From the NCBI GenBank assembly GCA_965603825.1, contig CBFDEM010000020.1, forward strand, positions 806,001 through 870,000: 64,000 bases of DNA. Reading direction: 5' to 3'. A program made the position numbers and the translations under genes. A model generated the notes under the pieces. It did no database searches, was not told the DNA's origin, and saw only the letters and a list, made by a program, of their open reading frames with translations. Each line of letters begins with the position of its first letter. Position 1 is the stretch's first letter. This document shows, one piece after another, positions 60,286 to 64,000 of the stretch. This stretch comes from Blepharisma stoltei ATCC 30299. Taxonomy: Eukaryota; Protista; Ciliophora.

Positions 60286-62256
60286 ATGCAAGACCTTACT
60301 GCAACAGACACAAGATCCCAAAGATCAACTTACTCTAAATTTCTTGGAAGCACCAATGACTCTACTAGTTCTGACGCTTTGCATTTTGAAATAAAAAAAC
60401 GTGAAGAGCTTCTATCAAGACTTCTCACAGAAAGTGAAATGCTAGAAAGAGATTCTATTGTACCGGACCAACATAAACAAATTAAAGACCTAGAAAAAAA
60501 GATAGAGGAGCTGGAAAATAAAATGTAAAATCTAATTAGAGAATTGGAAATCAATGATGAAAAAATTTTGAAAAATGCTTTACATAGATCAGCAATGACC
60601 GCATCAATATGAAAAATGAGGGCCAACGATCTGTATAATAAAGAAAAAAAGATTGCTCTGAAAATGAGTGGGGCTGAGCTTATCGTGGATGATATTTCTA
60701 GCACTTGTAACCAAGAAAAAGCCAAAGTAAAATATTTAAATGACCATTTAGAGCTAACAAGAACTACAAGGACAGCTCAAATGGAAGCAAGAATTAATGA
60801 CGCAAAATCCCTTAAATCTGAGTTAGAGCCTGACTTAAAAAAGACTGAAAAATCATCAAAAAATCTTGATCTTTTTGTCCATAAAGAAAGAATGAAATCT
60901 GTATACGCAAAATTATCCAAACTCGACAAAGAAACAGTCTCAAGAAAAGAAGAAAACGAAAAAAAGGTAGAAATCATCAATAAAATGTACAAAATCACTG
61001 AAACAAATAGCTTGGAAAAAGCTTTACAAGAATATGAAAAAGTTATTGGAATGAACGCAAGTCTCAGTCAGCAGGCTGACTCTATTTTAAATGACATAAA
61101 ATCTTCTGAATTAAAGAAAAAAGAAATTTTCATAGAAAAATCACAGCTTTTAAAAACAGAAAATACAGATCCTAGACAAGATTTAGAAAAAAAAATGGAG
61201 CTGCTTAATGAAGATGCTTATATTGAATACCACCAAGCTATAACTGACTCAAAGTTTATTGAAAAAAATTTCCAATCCCTATATGCCCTTTTAGTGCATT
61301 TATATGAAGGTGTTTTATTAGTCGCAAAAAAAATTAATAATACAAGCATAAATAAAATCTCAGACCAATCTATAATAGAAACTCCTTCTCCAAATACCCA
61401 AAGGGAGTATGAAACAGAGCTGAAAAAACTTTTGGAATATTTATCTATACAGATTTCAGCTGCTGAAACTTATGTGTTAAGCTCAGTTAATAAATCGAAG
61501 ATGGCCCGATCGTTTAACCCTAAAGTAAAAATTGAGAATGGCCATCCGTATGTAAATATTGAAATCTCTGTGCCTAGAAGAGAATATACAGAAACTCCTC
61601 AATCACTTACAAGTACTTTTAAAAATTCCTCGCATTTTTTAAGACAAGATTTAATGAACCGACAAAGCTCAGTCGTTGATATGATCCTTGGGGCTGAAGA
61701 TATAGAGAGAAATGCTATAAAGCTCGTTAAAAACAGGCTAAAACTATCAGAAAAAGCTGAGATTTTTGATACAAATAATGATACAAAGCGTTCTGATTAT
61801 GATGAAGATACTTATCAAGACAAAGAAGATGAAAATTTATTGAGCCCAGTCTCAGAAAATTTTACAAGAGAATTTGATGAAATTACAGGGATAAATAATA
61901 TTAATAAAAAACTGCAGACTATTACAGCAAAAGCTCACCAATTTCGAAAAGTGCTGTCTACAGAAAAAGAAAGCTTAAGAACTTTAAGCTTAGAATTAGC
62001 CAAAAAAAGGTAATAATTATTCAGAATAAAATTAGCCCGAGAGCGGCATAAACTTCAATCATTTGTGCTGACTCCTAAAGTCAAGCACATAAAAAACCTC
62101 GAGCTCCCCCCTTTACAAAAAGAAAAGCGGCTCACCTCTACCCCTTCCGCCAAAACAGTCCCAAGTACTCCCAGTAAGCGAAGCCCTACCAGCAGTGCAA
62201 AATCCATCATAATGCAAGACTACATCGGCCGCATAAAAGCGATCTATGAATTATAA
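60286..62256 (+). CDS. Hypothetical coiled-coil protein (2 introns)
   Basis: ORFs 60286, 60616 and 62065 are joined by introns 60525-60539 and 62010-62024 and TGA 60610; ends TAA. Confidence 0.78.
60525..60539 (+). other. 15-nt spliceosomal intron
   Basis: gtaaaatctaattag; in-frame TAA if retained. Confidence 0.85.
62010..62024 (+). other. 15-nt spliceosomal intron
   Basis: gtaataattattcag; in-frame TAA if retained. Confidence 0.85.
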
Positions 62257-62272
62257 ATATAACTGATATTAT

Positions 62273-62872
62273 TTAACTGCTTTTTGGCTTACATTCATTA
62301 CAATACCATTGTCCATTTGGCTTGGCCGTCAGTCCTGCACATTGAAAATGAAACCATTCATATTTACAATTTCCCCCATCGCAGGCTACCATTTCTCCAT
62401 AGCACGGCTTATTACAATAACAATAATTATGCCTTATATTGCTTTGGAACTCCTCATCTAAATACACGCTAAACTCTTCGTCAGCTACTGTCGAGTCTTT
62501 TTCTGATTTTTGGCGTTTTAAAGGGGACCCTTCTTCAGATTTCACGTCACTGCTGTATGTTAATAAGTCTTTTTCAAGCCTCCTAGACTCTGTGTCGGCC
62601 ATGTCTAGGATTTGTTTACTTATAGCGATTTTTTCGTCAGATAAATTAGAGACTTCTTCTTGTTTTTGGCGGATTTTTTGTAAAAGATTCGTGTTTTCGA
62701 GCATGGTTTTGCCATCTTTGGTGAGGGTGTTAAAGTAGTCAGTGGTTAAGTATTGGAGCTCTTTGGTGAGCTCTTCTGCTTTGTAGTCGAGCTGCCTGAT
62801 AAGATCGAGAGAACGTGCTAATTCAATGGGGAAATAATTGATTGAGCTCAGGACTTCTTCTAAATACGACAT
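62273..62872 (-). CDS. ING-family (inhibitor of growth) PHD-finger chromatin reader
   Basis: N-terminal ING helix YLEEVLSSINYFPIELARSLDLIRQLD, SDEKIAIS; PHD YCYCNKPCYGEMVACDGGNCKYEWFHFQCAGL..KPNGQWYC. Confidence 0.93.
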   Translation of the reverse strand: MSYLEEVLSSINYFPIELARSLDLIRQLDYKAEELTKELQYLTTDYFNTLTKDGKTMLENTNLLQKIRQKQEEVSNLSDEKIAISKQILDMADTESRRLEKDLLTYSSDVKSEEGSPLKRQKSEKDSTVADEEFSVYLDEEFQSNIRHNYCYCNKPCYGEMVACDGGNCKYEWFHFQCAGLTAKPNGQWYCNECKPKSS

Positions 62873-63034
62873 TATTGATATGGGGGATCATAGAAAAATA
62901 ATTTTTGTGAAAGTAAGAAGCAACTTTGGGTCTTTTGACTGATTTAGAAGAAAACGAGGATGGGATTGGTGCTTTATGAGATAAAAAATCAATTTTACAA
63001 ATTTATGATTAATTAATCTTAAATTATTATAGAT

Positions 63035-63874
63035 ATGATTAATATGAGAACAGACTATTTAGACTCTTTAACAAACACTGATTTTGACCGCTCAGAAGCT
63101 CAACAATTTCGAGGAAAATGCAGAACTGGTGAACACTCTGGCCCTACAACTGGCTTCTGTATGAAATTCGTCCAAGCAAATCTAGTAATCCTCCCAAAAT
63201 CTTACGCCTACGATTTTCTCCTTTTCTGCCAAAGAAACCCAAAACCGTGTCCTCTTTTAGAAGTGACTGAACAAGGCAGCTACACCCCTTCAATCCTCGC
63301 CCCATCAGCTGACCTCCGCACTGATCTCCCTAAATACAACATTTTACAATCCGGGACCATCACTGACCAAGTACCAAATATCTCAGAATATTGGTCAGAA
63401 GACCTTGTGTCTTTCTTATTAGGCTGCTCTTTTAGCTTTGAAGAAGCGTTATTATCTGCCAAAATCCCAGTCAGACAAATTGAAGAAAATAAAAATGTTC
63501 CTATGTACGCTACTTCAATCCCTTGTAGGGATTCTGGGGTTTTCAGGAATTCTAAGCTGGTAGTGTCTATGAGGCCAATTCCTGTTGAAATGGTTAATGA
63601 TGCTATAAATGTGACCGCAAGATTTCCTACAGTCCATGGATCTCCTGTGCAGATTGGTAAGCCAGAGGAAATAGGGATTGAAGATATTAATAAAGTAGAC
63701 TATGGAGAAAGTGTGACTATAAATGAAGGAGAAATACCTATATTTTGGGCATGTGGGGTAACGCCGATGAAAGCTATAATTGATGCGAATTTACCATTTG
63801 CGATAACCCATGCTCCTGGGCATATGTTTATCACTGATAAACTAAATTCAGAATTAAATATCTTTTCTATATAA
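63035..63874 (+). CDS. DUF1445/UPF0317 putative hydro-lyase (D-glutamate cyclase-like)
   Basis: VQANLVILP..YAYDFLLFCQRNPKPCPLLE, DLRTDLPKY, FLLGCSFSFE, LVVSMRP, HGSPV, FWACGVTP, ITHAPGHMFITD. Confidence 0.9.
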   Translation: MINMRTDYLDSLTNTDFDRSEAQQFRGKCRTGEHSGPTTGFCMKFVQANLVILPKSYAYDFLLFCQRNPKPCPLLEVTEQGSYTPSILAPSADLRTDLPKYNILQSGTITDQVPNISEYWSEDLVSFLLGCSFSFEEALLSAKIPVRQIEENKNVPMYATSIPCRDSGVFRNSKLVVSMRPIPVEMVNDAINVTARFPTVHGSPVQIGKPEEIGIEDINKVDYGESVTINEGEIPIFWACGVTPMKAIIDANLPFAITHAPGHMFITDKLNSELNIFSI

Positions 63875-64000
63875 AATTTATACAGAAATTTCATATTTTC
63901 TTTATAATCTCTAATATGAACGTCGAGATGTCAACTCCTTATTCCCTTCTTCGCAACTCAATAGTAAGGAAAACTTCAATTGACAAAGTAGTCCAAAATA

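Noticed and set aside
63880-64000. Possible 3' end of a minus-strand gene at the window edge
   Set aside because: Too short to fix the frame or identity.
1-64000. Prokaryotic systems (CRISPR, operons, defence islands), transposases, telomeric repeats
   Set aside because: None seen; the gene content is eukaryotic throughout.

Overview
This is AT-rich, gene-dense eukaryotic DNA with about 29 protein-coding genes (one truncated by the window start). I recognised no rRNA, tRNA, CRISPR array or transposase. The ORF track is fragmented because the organism reads TGA as Trp: neighbouring ORF pieces are in frame and TGA falls at conserved Trp positions. It also has tiny 15-16 nt GTA...AG introns with an invariant A six nt from the 3' end. 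That combination is characteristic of the heterotrich ciliate Blepharisma, most likely its macronuclear genome (inference). Rebuilt genes include an NDR kinase (partial), two kinesins, a 2094-aa P4-ATPase/guanylyl cyclase fusion, Rad23, COQ5, a 2715-aa REJ/GPS polycystin-1-like receptor, a Sen1-like helicase, an F-BAR-like/TBC RabGAP, a CFAP97-domain protein, an Atg18-like PROPPIN, an IQ/multi-EF-hand protein, PCYT2, a CNBD channel, mL49, an iGluR-like channel, TatD, an SCP phosphatase, a PMCA-like protein, an ING PHD protein and a DUF1445 protein. The most unusual items are: (1) an intact 'mini-PMCA' ORF lacking the phosphorylation motif and the whole N-domain; (2) a cation channel whose K+ filter reads TVGYIS instead of TVGYGD; (3) an iGluR-like channel with an altered ligand Arg and gate; (4) a probably dead flippase domain on the cyclase; (5) a TA-flanked GC-rich palindrome at ~12957-13012; (6) 7-43 nt intergenic gaps; (7) a possible 5' bias of TGA-Trp codons.
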